Shown here: positions 28,023 through 36,210 of the stretch, piece after piece
How the letters are laid out: every line of letters starts with the position of its first letter
Numbering within the stretch: position 1 is the first letter of the stretch
Virus record (IMG/VR): IMGVR_UViG_3300010397_000015
Location: 1 to 52,654 of that record
Source of the DNA: a virus
Lineage: Duplodnaviria > Caudoviricetes
Reading direction: 5' to 3' (one strand)
Length of the DNA: 52,654 nt
Position numbers and translations under genes: made by a program
The notes under the pieces: generated by a model
Databases searched by the model: none
What the model was told of the DNA's origin: nothing
What the model saw: the letters and a program-made list of their open reading frames with translations, nothing else

Positions 28023-28306
28023 ACACCACCCCGCCGCCGCGCCCGCCGGAACACCCGCGCTACATCGGAACGTGTGTAGTCTGCCGCGAGACGCAGGAGG
28101 GACCGGACTACCTCGGTGAGTTCGTGCGATGCTACGCCTGTCTGAACTGGGAGGCCCGCGAGGAGCTGCGCCAGCTAAGGCAGAGGAAGGACGACGCGGA
28201 CGACTTCTACCGAGACTTCCTGCGATGGGCCGACGAGGAGGATCCGTACCCGACGAGGAAGATGCTGGAGACGCGCGCCCGCGCCGCGCTTCGGAGGAAC
28301 GCATGA
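28019..28306 (+). CDS. Zn-ribbon protein
   Basis: CVVC..CYAC. Confidence 0.55.
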   Translation: MNTTPPPRPPEHPRYIGTCVVCRETQEGPDYLGEFVRCYACLNWEAREELRQLRQRKDDADDFYRDFLRWADEEDPYPTRKMLETRARAALRRNA

Positions 28307-28542
28307 AGCCCCGCAAGGACAAGACGATGGAGGAGAAGTCGCTTGAGGAGGTGATGCGCTTGAGCGAAGCCATCGTGTTCCGGTGGTACGCACTCGCGCA
28401 GGAAGAACACGACATGATTTCGGGCGATGGCCTGGACATGCTCCACAACGCGATCCAGTCCGTGCTGATCGAGGAAGGCGCTGTGCCGATCCGCTCCGCC
28501 CTCGCCGCAGAGCGAGCGACCCGCAAGAAGGGGAGGAAGTAG
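28303..28542 (+). CDS. Hypothetical protein
   Basis: GGAGG RBS; ATGA-coupled. Confidence 0.55.
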   Translation: MKPRKDKTMEEKSLEEVMRLSEAIVFRWYALAQEEHDMISGDGLDMLHNAIQSVLIEEGAVPIRSALAAERATRKKGRK

Positions 28543-28845
28543 ATGGACACGGCAGCGGATGGGTGCGCCTGCGTGGTGCTGGTGATTCTGTGCTCTGCGG
28601 GCGCGCTGATGGGCGGCTGGTGTCTCAGGGACAACAGCTTCAAGGTCGAAGCCGTCAAGCACGGAGCCGCTACATGGGTGGTGGCGGACGACGGGACGAC
28701 GACGTTTCGATGGATCGAGCACCAGCCGTGCGCGTTCGAGCTGATGCAGATGAAGTCGATCGAGGACGCGACGAAAGGCATGGCCGAGCAGGCCGTGCGA
28801 GAGTGCTTGAAGTCCGCCGACGCGGCGGGGGAAGAGGAGAAGTAG
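28543..28845 (+). CDS. Small membrane-anchored protein
   Basis: N-terminal hydrophobic stretch; EAVKHGAATW. Confidence 0.55.
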   Translation: MDTAADGCACVVLVILCSAGALMGGWCLRDNSFKVEAVKHGAATWVVADDGTTTFRWIEHQPCAFELMQMKSIEDATKGMAEQAVRECLKSADAAGEEEK

Positions 28846-29157
28846 ATGGGCGAATTCGAGAGGCTCACCAACGACATGATCGAGGCCGCATACCAAACCG
28901 GACGCCGCGATGGTTGGAGCGCCGCGATGCTCGGCGAGGGCAAGGCCAGCCGTGATAAAATCGAAGCGGCTCGCCGCAAGCTCTCGTTGTCAAGTTTTGT
29001 TACAGAAAAACGCGATGGAACTGGGCGTGATCTTTTGGCGAAGGCCGCTGGCGGCTGCGAACACTCAACAGAGCTTGTGTTATGTTCAGAAGGGTGCTGG
29101 GAGAAGTTGCGGAGCGAGATTAGTTCTTTCCAAACCAGAAGCGAGGGATCGGCATGA
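28846..29157 (+). CDS. Hypothetical protein
   Basis: Abuts the upstream TAG; 3' half is AT-richer. Confidence 0.45.
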   Translation: MGEFERLTNDMIEAAYQTGRRDGWSAAMLGEGKASRDKIEAARRKLSLSSFVTEKRDGTGRDLLAKAAGGCEHSTELVLCSEGCWEKLRSEISSFQTRSEGSA

Positions 29158-29408
29158 TGCACGAGACAAGATTCTACTGGTTCGTCGAGCTGCTTGTGCA
29201 GCCGCCGAAGTACCTGCGTTACGAGACCTACGAAAGCCGGGGGATTCTCGACCCAGGCTTTGAGTTCACGTCCGATCCGCATCTGGCGATGAAGTGCAAC
29301 AAGGGACAGGCGGAGACGATCGCTAACAAATATATTCTGGCTGGTCTAAACGTGGAGGCGCGCGAGCACGGATTCGTGTGGACCAAGGATAAGTCCGATG
29401 CCCCCTAG
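29154..29408 (+). CDS. Hypothetical protein
   Basis: ATGA-coupled 84-aa ORF. Confidence 0.5.
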   Translation: MMHETRFYWFVELLVQPPKYLRYETYESRGILDPGFEFTSDPHLAMKCNKGQAETIANKYILAGLNVEAREHGFVWTKDKSDAP

Positions 29409-29694
29409 CCCTCCCGACCGCCCGGAGCCGTGCCCGGGCGTGCCTGTGTTTTTCTTTTACTTCGATGATATCTTGCGACGATGGCCTGAACCAATAATCT
29501 CCGTGGCGCGGATTCGTCACGAGTTCATGGGCGACGATCGCGAACGCTGGATATACGGCCACAGAAGAAAGCCAGGAGATACAAGTATGGATGGCCCAGG
29601 CGATCAATTCTTGAACGACTCTATACTGGTAAAAACGTACGCGAACCCTGACGAAGCGCCAAGCATTTATTCACTTCCGCCTCATGGATTTTGA
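29398..29694 (+). CDS. Hypothetical protein
   Basis: 98-aa ORF in an AT-richer segment. Confidence 0.4.
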   Translation: MPPSPPDRPEPCPGVPVFFFYFDDILRRWPEPIISVARIRHEFMGDDRERWIYGHRRKPGDTSMDGPGDQFLNDSILVKTYANPDEAPSIYSLPPHGF

Positions 29695-29703
29695 CATAAC
29701 GCA

Positions 29704-30213
29704 ATGAAAGATAATGCATCAAAAGATCAGGCAACATCCTGTCCTGTGTGTGGATGCACTTCCGAAGCGGGATCATTCTCGTCTGGGTTTTTCCGCGTTG
29801 AGTGTCAGTTGGCCGATTGCTTGATCGGACCCGTTCGAGACACCGAGGCCGAAGCCATCGCCGCCTGGAACCGCGTCGCCGCGCGCCCCGCCCCGGTGGA
29901 CGCGGAGGGGCTGGACGATGACTCCGAAGCGAAGCGCCTATGGACGCGCCTCTACATGGACCTGGACCCCGGCAACGAGGACACGGACCCGTTCTGCGGC
30001 GTGTTCCCGCTCAAGCGCGCACGCGCCCTCGCCCGCCTCGTCGCCTCCGAGCGCGCTGGGGCGGTAGCGGAGTCCATCGACGAGGCATACAACCTTCGCA
30101 TCAGGCTGAGTGAGCGCGACGAGAAGATCAAGAGACAGTCCGAGGAGATCACGCGCTGCGGCCGTGCCGTGGAGAGCCTCCGGCGTGAGTTGGAGAAACG
30201 CAATGGGAAGTAG
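29704..30213 (+). CDS. Lar-family restriction-alleviation-like protein with C-terminal extension
   Basis: CPVCG...VECQLADC...TEAEAIAAWNR. Confidence 0.65.
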   Translation: MKDNASKDQATSCPVCGCTSEAGSFSSGFFRVECQLADCLIGPVRDTEAEAIAAWNRVAARPAPVDAEGLDDDSEAKRLWTRLYMDLDPGNEDTDPFCGVFPLKRARALARLVASERAGAVAESIDEAYNLRIRLSERDEKIKRQSEEITRCGRAVESLRRELEKRNGK

Positions 30214-30463
30214 GACGCGCCGATTCAGACATCGAGCGCACAAAGCGTTCGATCGCCTATGGCAATCAGGAACGATGAGTCGCGGGAATGCCTACGCATG
30301 GATGGCGAAGTATCTTCGCGTGAAGACAGCCAACATTAGCTCTCTGGATGAAGAAGAGTGCGAGCAAGTTATAATTGCGATGGAGAAGCAATGGCCCGAG
30401 CTGTTCCCAGGTGCCGCCGCGATCCGTTCCCGTTCGCGGGCAGGGGGAGGAGGGGAAGCGTGA
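30203..30463 (+). CDS. DUF3268-like C-terminal domain protein
   Basis: RAHKAFDRLWQSGTMSRGNAYAWMAKYL..NISSLDEEEC; no N-terminal Zn finger. Confidence 0.6.
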   Translation: MGSRTRRFRHRAHKAFDRLWQSGTMSRGNAYAWMAKYLRVKTANISSLDEEECEQVIIAMEKQWPELFPGAAAIRSRSRAGGGGEA

Positions 30464-30891
30464 GCGGAATCTCGCATTGGACCTGTCCGAAGTGTCAGCG
30501 CAGCTTCGCACACATGATCTCGGGTCGCAGCTTGGGCGCTCCGAAGTGCTACCACTGCGGGCACACGATCGACGCTGATGCGGTCGCGCGCGACGAGGCG
30601 ACGATCAATGCGATCCGCGATCGACTGGAAGCGGAAAGCCAAGCCGAGTGGGACGCGCGCGCTCCCGATCAGGAGGCTGCGTGGGAAGCCGGGCGGGCTG
30701 CGCGCCGACAGTACGACGCCGATGGACAGCCGCCGCTTGTCGGCACACAGATACGGAGCGGACCGCTCGCCGCGAACGAGCGGTGCCCGTACAAGTACAT
30801 TCCGCGTGCGCCCGAGCAGCATCCGCTTCGCGACTGGTGGCATCGAGGATGGACGCACGAAGAGTTCGAGCCGAAAGAAGATCCCCGATGA
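30460..30891 (+). CDS. Zn-ribbon protein
   Basis: WTCPKC..CYHCG; CPY..WWHRGW. Confidence 0.55.
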   Translation: MSGISHWTCPKCQRSFAHMISGRSLGAPKCYHCGHTIDADAVARDEATINAIRDRLEAESQAEWDARAPDQEAAWEAGRAARRQYDADGQPPLVGTQIRSGPLAANERCPYKYIPRAPEQHPLRDWWHRGWTHEEFEPKEDPR

Positions 30892-31349
30892 TGACCCCCG
30901 ACGACCTGGCCCGATTGGCGGAGGCGGCGATTGCCCCGAAGCGTCGCAAGAAGCCCAAGGCGCTCACACCCATGTCGGTGAAGGAGCTCGAGACGCGCGG
31001 CTACATCGTCGCCAAGATCGAGCAGCGCATCCCGCATTGTTTCATCACTCGCGATGCCTTCGGCGTGTTTGACCTCCTGGCCGCGAGCCGTGGCGGCGGC
31101 ATCGTGGGGGTGCAGGTTACGTCGGGAGCGAACGGAGCCGCCAGGCGCGACAAGATCCTGGCCGAACCGCAGGCGCGAACCTGGATCGAATCGGGCGGTC
31201 GGATCCTGCTCCATCTGTGGGCAAAGCGGAACGGTCGAACCGCAGGGGCTCGCAAGGCCTACTCGCTCGTCGAGGAAGAGATCGTGCTCGCTGACTTCCC
31301 TACGGCAGCAGCACACGCGACGTTCTCAGCTTCGCCAGCAGCGAGTTGA
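30888..31349 (+). CDS. PD-(D/E)XK nuclease (resolvase/VRR-NUC-like)
   Basis: RDAFGVFDLLA..VGVQVTS..ILLHLW; last gene of the plus-strand arm. Confidence 0.65.
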   Translation: MMTPDDLARLAEAAIAPKRRKKPKALTPMSVKELETRGYIVAKIEQRIPHCFITRDAFGVFDLLAASRGGGIVGVQVTSGANGAARRDKILAEPQARTWIESGGRILLHLWAKRNGRTAGARKAYSLVEEEIVLADFPTAAAHATFSASPAAS

Positions 31350-31929
31350 AGTCGGTCACGAGCGTCGAGAGCAGGATGGCGGTTGAGTTGGCCTGGGCCG
31401 AACCGGAGGCTAAGGCAACGTCGGTCAGGCCCTCCTGGAGCGTTCCGGCTCCCTTCGGAACGAAGCTGATGCTGACATCCGTGTCTGTTCCATCCGCCCC
31501 GAGTTGAAGTGGATCTCCAGCCCCCGATCCCGACAGATTCCAGAAGTTCACGGGCGTCGCCGACCCCGGCGAGAACGTGATGACCTTCACGTCCAGAACT
31601 CCGGTCGTGTGAATCTCCGTGATGCGCGGGGCGGATATCTGTTCCGCCCCCTGCACGACGCCTGTGGTACTCCACTCGATGCCGTCGCAGAAGATCGTGA
31701 TGGCAGAGTTGTGGGCGGACAGCACGCCGTAGGAGGTGCCTGTAGCGTCCTTGATCGTGACGGTGTTTGCCGTCGGGTCGCCCTTGATGATCGTAATCTG
31801 CGTGTTCGGCGCGGTCTTGTTCGCGTCGTCGATCGTCAAGATAATGTTGCTGGCGGTTGCGTCGACGATGTTGACGCTGGAAGAGGTTGGACTGTTAGGT
31901 CCAGAGGTTCGGAATGTGGTGACGATCAT
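31300..31929 (-). CDS. Virion/tail-fibre-type protein
   Basis: Thr-rich beta repeats ITIIKGD..TVTI..CDGIEW; C-terminal LVTDFNSLLAKLR; last gene of the minus-strand arm. Confidence 0.65.
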   Translation of the reverse strand: MIVTTFRTSGPNSPTSSSVNIVDATASNIILTIDDANKTAPNTQITIIKGDPTANTVTIKDATGTSYGVLSAHNSAITIFCDGIEWSTTGVVQGAEQISAPRITEIHTTGVLDVKVITFSPGSATPVNFWNLSGSGAGDPLQLGADGTDTDVSISFVPKGAGTLQEGLTDVALASGSAQANSTAILLSTLVTDFNSLLAKLRTSRVLLP

Positions 31930-32465
31930 CGGAGTGCCTTTCGTGTCTTGGTGATCTTCATCGGTTTATATCCGAACGCGAGCCTGCGCGTCCAGTCAGC
32001 TCCGACGAAGGCGTGTGCGAAAGCCCAGAAGCGGGAGTCGACGCCATTCTTTGTGAGCGCCGCCAACAGGTACTTACGTCGCAGGAGGCAGAATCCGCCG
32101 ACGGCGACCCAGACGATCCTCCAGCGCCACCGTGTCGCCCAGTCCTTGCCTTCCTCGGCGAGACTGGCCGCGTACTCGGCAGTCTGAGCCTTGGTTCGCC
32201 AGCGACGGAGCTCCGCGGTGAGAGCGTCCTCGCCGACGATCTCGCCCGACCGCAGCGCCGCGTTCTCCGCGACAGCGTGGACGACGAGCGCGCCGATCGC
32301 AGCTCCGACGATCGGACCGAACGGAGGGGCCAGCGTTCCGATTGCCGCGCCACCCGCAGCCCCGCCCGCAGGCGCCGCCGAGGACTTCACCGACGACCAC
32401 ATGGACGCGCACCCCGACAGTCCCCATAGGGCCAGGATTGCGAGCACGACAATCAGAACCGCGAC
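31926..32465 (-). pseudogene. 3' part of an interrupted lipoprotein gene (lipobox, glycine zipper, C-terminal TM)
   Basis: VAVLIVVLAILALWGLSGC with no start codon immediately upstream; joins in frame to 34729..34776. Confidence 0.65.
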
Positions 32466-32528
32466 CGTGAATACCTGATCGGACCTCCCGACGTCTTCGG
32501 GACCTATGACCTCGCGTGCTTCCGGCGC

Positions 32529-32726
32529 ATGGCGATCAAGCACATCCTCGGTCGAATGGGCGCGCTCCAGGCCAGCCAGATCGTGGAGCAGCTTGCTCGA
32601 TGTGATTGGCTCGCTGTCCCCAAGGACAAGGACCACGTGAAGCTCGATCTCAACGCGATGGACGACGCGAAGGAGATCAAGAAGGGCAGTTCTAGGAAGT
32701 GGGTACTTCGAGAGGAAAAGGCATGA
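32529..32726 (+). CDS. Passenger hypothetical protein (65 aa)
   Basis: ORF opposite to the flanking phage genes, inside the element. Confidence 0.5.
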   Translation: MAIKHILGRMGALQASQIVEQLARCDWLAVPKDKDHVKLDLNAMDDAKEIKKGSSRKWVLREEKA

Positions 32727-32735
32727 AGTGAGGTC

Positions 32736-32992
32736 GCCGGAACCCGTCGCTCTCCGGTTCAGAGAAGCGCGACGGGCCCGGCATAGCAGCCCCTCAAGGG
32801 GCAGATCGGAGGTGGGGCCTTGATTGCCCACTACCTGCGCGGCTACCGGGACGGACTCCCGCGTGGCTGCTTGTCGTGAAAGCCGAGGGGGGCTCGCGCC
32901 TCCCTCGGCCTCCTCGGCATTCCGACGGGCGCCATTGTAGACGATTCGCGCACCCGTCCAGCAATAGGCTGCCGGCGCATTGACCGGCAGCC
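32736..32992. ncRNA. Candidate structured RNA/DNA inside the element
   Basis: Five hairpins within ~260 nt between convergent passenger genes. Confidence 0.3.
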
Positions 32993-33058
32993 CCACGACG
33001 AGCAAGGACGGGGCGCGGATGGGTCCCTGGGCGGCCTTTACACCCTGCCTAGCGGGGA

Positions 33059-33265
33059 TCATTCCCCCGGCGCTCCACTCTTCACTCGTCGAACTCCCAG
33101 AGCTCTCAGGATGAGGGCTCGCACCCACTCCGAAGCGCCGGCCTCTCCGGCCATCGCGTCTACCTGGCCTCTCTCAGAAGCGGTCAGGCGAATCGTTAGG
33201 CGTTCCCCACGAGCCTTCCCCACCCCTAGGGGTGGCCGGCCTACGGGACGCTTCTTCGGGCGCAT
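33059..33265 (-). CDS. Ribbon-helix-helix DNA-binding protein
   Basis: GRPP..RLTIRLTASER..AGASEWVRALILRAL; has its own promoter. Confidence 0.7.
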   Translation of the reverse strand: MRPKKRPVGRPPLGVGKARGERLTIRLTASERGQVDAMAGEAGASEWVRALILRALGVRRVKSGAPGE

Positions 33266-33271
33266 GGAAGC

Positions 33272-33300
33272 AGCCTAGATATCGTCCGACAAAAAAGCAA
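33272..33300 (-). promoter_or_regulatory. Sigma70-type promoter, leaderless RHH transcript
   Basis: TTGCTT-17 bp-TAGGCT-6 nt-ATG. Confidence 0.65.
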
Positions 33301-33310
33301 CCCCCCCCCC

Positions 33311-33339
33311 TTGACGCGGGGCTATTATTGGCAGACAAT
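33311..33339 (+). promoter_or_regulatory. Sigma70-type promoter with overlapping palindrome, leaderless transposase transcript
   Basis: TTGACG-17 bp-GACAAT-7 nt-ATG; TATTATTG-N5-CAATAATA spans the -10. Confidence 0.7.
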
Positions 33340-33346
33340 AATACCC

Positions 33347-34177
33347 ATGTACAAGCTCCAGCCCGCCCAGCAGGTCCAGGTGATCTCCGCGCTCTCCGAA
33401 GGATGCTCCGTCCGGGGCACCGAGCGCATGACCGGAGTCCACCGCGACACGATTCTCCGCCTCCTCGTCCGCGTCGGGGAGGCGTGCAACGTCCTGCTCG
33501 ATCGGACGATGCGGGACCTCCCCTGTCGCCACATCCAGCTCGACGAGATGTGGACGTACGTCGGGAAGAAGCAGCGGCACATGACGGCGCAGGATGATCC
33601 GAACCGGAACGGCGATTTCTGGATCTGGTCCGCGATCGACAACGACACGCGGCTCGTTCCGACCTTCCGCCTCGGAAAGAGAACTCATCGCGATGCCAAC
33701 CTATTCGTCCGCGACCTTGAGGATCGGCTTCGCAACCGCGTGCAACTTAGCACCGACGCCCTCCCCGCCTACGTCGATGCGATCGACCGCGTCTTCTGCC
33801 CCAACAAGGTTGACTACGGCCAGATCGTAAAGTCGTACGAGGCCGAGCCGATGGGTCCGGGTAGGTACTCGCCTCCGCGCGTTGCGAGCACGGAGCGAAG
33901 GCCGGTCTTCGGCGATGTGGAAGAACGCTCGATCTCGACGAGCTACGTCGAGCGGCTCCACCTTCACAACCGGATGCGTTGCCGCAGGCTGACGCGCCTC
34001 GTGGACAGCTTCTCGCGGAAGGTCGAGAACCTGGAAGCCGCGCTCCGTCTTCACTACGCGGTCTACAACTTCGTGAAGCCGCACAAGTCGCTCAAGGGCG
34101 CGACTCCCGCGATGGCCGCCGGCGTCGCGGACGGTCACTACGGGATCAGCGATCTTGTGGAGCTGACGGGCTGGTAG
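33347..34177 (+). CDS. IS1-family DDE transposase (single ORF, HTH + DDE)
   Basis: EGCSVRGTERMTGVHRDT, QLDEMWTYVGKK, QLSTD, STSYVER, YNFVKPH, TPAMAAG. Confidence 0.88.
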   Translation: MYKLQPAQQVQVISALSEGCSVRGTERMTGVHRDTILRLLVRVGEACNVLLDRTMRDLPCRHIQLDEMWTYVGKKQRHMTAQDDPNRNGDFWIWSAIDNDTRLVPTFRLGKRTHRDANLFVRDLEDRLRNRVQLSTDALPAYVDAIDRVFCPNKVDYGQIVKSYEAEPMGPGRYSPPRVASTERRPVFGDVEERSISTSYVERLHLHNRMRCRRLTRLVDSFSRKVENLEAALRLHYAVYNFVKPHKSLKGATPAMAAGVADGHYGISDLVELTGW

Positions 34178-34666
34178 TCACGCCATCAGCTTGGGCAGGA
34201 CTCTCACCTGGGCCTCGCGGAAGGCGTCCTTGTCGATGAGGATCGACGAGCATTGGCCGCTAGGACATCCGCACCATAGCTGACTGCTCTTGTTCGGATT
34301 CTCCCCAACTCGAAGCTCGAACAGGTGCCCTCCCGTTTGGAAACACCGATCACAATGCGCGACAGGCTCTCCTGAGACTTGGGAGAGTGCCCATCGCATG
34401 TTGTGATGTGGAATCGTCTTCGGGCCCTTGGCGGGTTCTAGGGCTACGAGCAGGCCGGCAACCTGCTTCTCCAACGCCTCGATCCTCGCGCGGTGCCGGA
34501 ACAGGTCGATCACCGCGAGCACTCCTCGCTTGATCCCCCGTCCGATCGACCGAACCGAGCGCCAGAGCCACCGTGCCGCCGCGAAGTGGTTGTAGGCGAG
34601 CACCAGGGCGGCTCCGACGACGCCGATGAGCGTCCAGATTGCTGCGGGAGTCCATTGCGTAGGCAT
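34178..34666 (-). CDS. Passenger membrane protein with coiled coil and Zn ribbon
   Basis: N-terminal TM, RIEALEKQV, CDRC..CGC. Confidence 0.65.
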   Translation of the reverse strand: MPTQWTPAAIWTLIGVVGAALVLAYNHFAAARWLWRSVRSIGRGIKRGVLAVIDLFRHRARIEALEKQVAGLLVALEPAKGPKTIPHHNMRWALSQVSGEPVAHCDRCFQTGGHLFELRVGENPNKSSQLWCGCPSGQCSSILIDKDAFREAQVRVLPKLMA

Positions 34667-34728
34667 GAAGCGTGGAGGGTATCCATTGCTGCTCCACCGG
34701 CACTAAGCCGGCAAATTAGGACACCGCC

Positions 34729-34776
34729 GATCATCGCGAGGGCGTACTGGTTCGGGAAGTAGGGGTCGTTCGACAT
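34729..34776 (-). pseudogene. 5' part of the interrupted lipoprotein gene
   Basis: AAAGGA RBS + MSNDPYFPNQYALAMI, then the frame runs into the element end. Confidence 0.6.
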
Positions 34777-34806
34777 GGCGATCCTTTCAGGTGTGGATGT
34801 GGCTGG

Positions 34807-36135
34807 TCACGGGACTGTAACGAACCCCGCCTTGACGTGGCGAATGAGTCCGCTGGTCGGCACGAGCTTGCGATTCCAGTTTGCCTTCGACTGGCCGCGC
34901 GCAGCCTGAATGAACTCGTCGGTGGACGGGTTCCATCCGATCGTGTTGAGGTAGCTCGGGACGCCGCGAGACGGGGAGAAGTAGACCGCCGCTGCGTCCT
35001 CGAAGTGGTTTCCAGAGTACGAGACGCCCGCCAGGTCGCCCGATGGCTCGAGCCCGGCTCCCCAGCCGTCAATCACGTTGTCGTCGACTCGGAGGTCGTG
35101 AATGCCAATTCCAACCTCGCCCTCCAGGCGCAGTCCGCTCGGCTGCATTCCGCCGTTGTGGGCGATGACGTTGCCTTCGATCGAGCCCTTGCGGATGTTC
35201 GAGACCTGCATTCCCCAGCCGCGCGGGTTGGCTGCGTCGATGTCCCGGCCCTCCAGAACCAGGTTGCCCCGCACGGTGACGCCGACGCCGAGTGGGTCAG
35301 GCTGGTCGCCTCCGCCCAGGCTGAGGCCGATCGGGTTGCGCAGGAACAGGTTGCCCGTCACGCGACCGCCCGATCTGAGCTGCAGCCCGTGGCTCGAGGA
35401 CTGCGAGATGACGCACCCTTCGATCGTCGTCGGCCCGCCGCCATTCTGGCAGTAGATCCCGTGCCGGAAGATGTCGGGGTTCCAGCCGTTGTGGTCGAAC
35501 ACGCACTCGAAGAGCGAGAGGCCAGAGATCCCGGCCGCGTAGAGCCCCTGGACGTTGCCCAGGCTGCCCCAGGAGTCGAGCACGACGCACCGACGCAGCC
35601 GCACGTTCATCAGCGACCCGTCGAACCCGTAGAGGATCAGGCCGTTCCCGTAGCCAGCCCAGCGGCAGTCCTCGAACAGCACGTTGTTGACCGGCCGGAG
35701 GAAGTTGACCCCATTCGCTTCCGCGGCGCCGTCTCGACCGACCGCCTTGAAGTCGATTCCGATGAAGGCCGCGTGCTCGAACTTGGGCGGAGCTCCACCG
35801 CCTCCCTCGAAGTGCAGGGCCGTCGTGGTCGCGCTCGTGAGCAGGTGCGCTCGCTCGAGCCCGCCGTAGGTGCGCACGACGACCGGGTTCTGCGCGGACT
35901 CGCCAGACCAGATCCACTTCCCGAGCGGCTCGCTCCAGGTGTCCCCGCTCTTGAGACAGAGGTGGTCGCCGTGCCCTTGGCGAACGTTCTTGAGCGCCTC
36001 CGTAACCGTCCGCATCGGGGTCCTCGGGGTCGACCCAGCGTTCATGTCCGATCCCAGAGCTGAGACGTGGACGAGCCTGCCGTCCCCGGAGGGCGCCACA
36101 TCGGTCCATCCGTTCGGGTCGAGCGTGACCGTCAT
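34807..36135 (-). CDS. Right-handed beta-helix (pectin-lyase-like) protein, possible depolymerase
   Basis: VHVS..GSDMNAG..PMRT, LKSGDTW, repeated HGIY/HGLQLRSGG/GNL motifs. Confidence 0.8.
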   Translation of the reverse strand: MTVTLDPNGWTDVAPSGDGRLVHVSALGSDMNAGSTPRTPMRTVTEALKNVRQGHGDHLCLKSGDTWSEPLGKWIWSGESAQNPVVVRTYGGLERAHLLTSATTTALHFEGGGGAPPKFEHAAFIGIDFKAVGRDGAAEANGVNFLRPVNNVLFEDCRWAGYGNGLILYGFDGSLMNVRLRRCVVLDSWGSLGNVQGLYAAGISGLSLFECVFDHNGWNPDIFRHGIYCQNGGGPTTIEGCVISQSSSHGLQLRSGGRVTGNLFLRNPIGLSLGGGDQPDPLGVGVTVRGNLVLEGRDIDAANPRGWGMQVSNIRKGSIEGNVIAHNGGMQPSGLRLEGEVGIGIHDLRVDDNVIDGWGAGLEPSGDLAGVSYSGNHFEDAAAVYFSPSRGVPSYLNTIGWNPSTDEFIQAARGQSKANWNRKLVPTSGLIRHVKAGFVTVP

Positions 36136-36174
36136 GGGTAGTTTCCCGTAGCGGGAAGGAGTCTCTCAGAATCC

Positions 36175-36204
36175 TTGCGCAAGGGAATCGTCCGGGTCTA
36201 GGGT
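36175..36204 (+). promoter_or_regulatory. Promoter of a counter-oriented four-gene cassette
   Basis: TTGCGC-18 bp-TAGGGT-6 nt-ATG. Confidence 0.45.
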
Positions 36205-36210
36205 GGAGGC

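Larger units (their letters stand above)
32466..34728. mobile_element. IS1-family cargo-carrying insertion element (~2.26 kb; ends approximate)
   Basis: Contains a DDE transposase plus three passenger ORFs; its removal restores a 195-aa gene; right end CAAATTAGGACACCGCC; no clear target-site duplication. Confidence 0.7.

Noticed and set aside
31926-33128. 400-aa ORF as a single gene
   Set aside because: The 5' half runs through element DNA; only 31926-32465 looks protein-like
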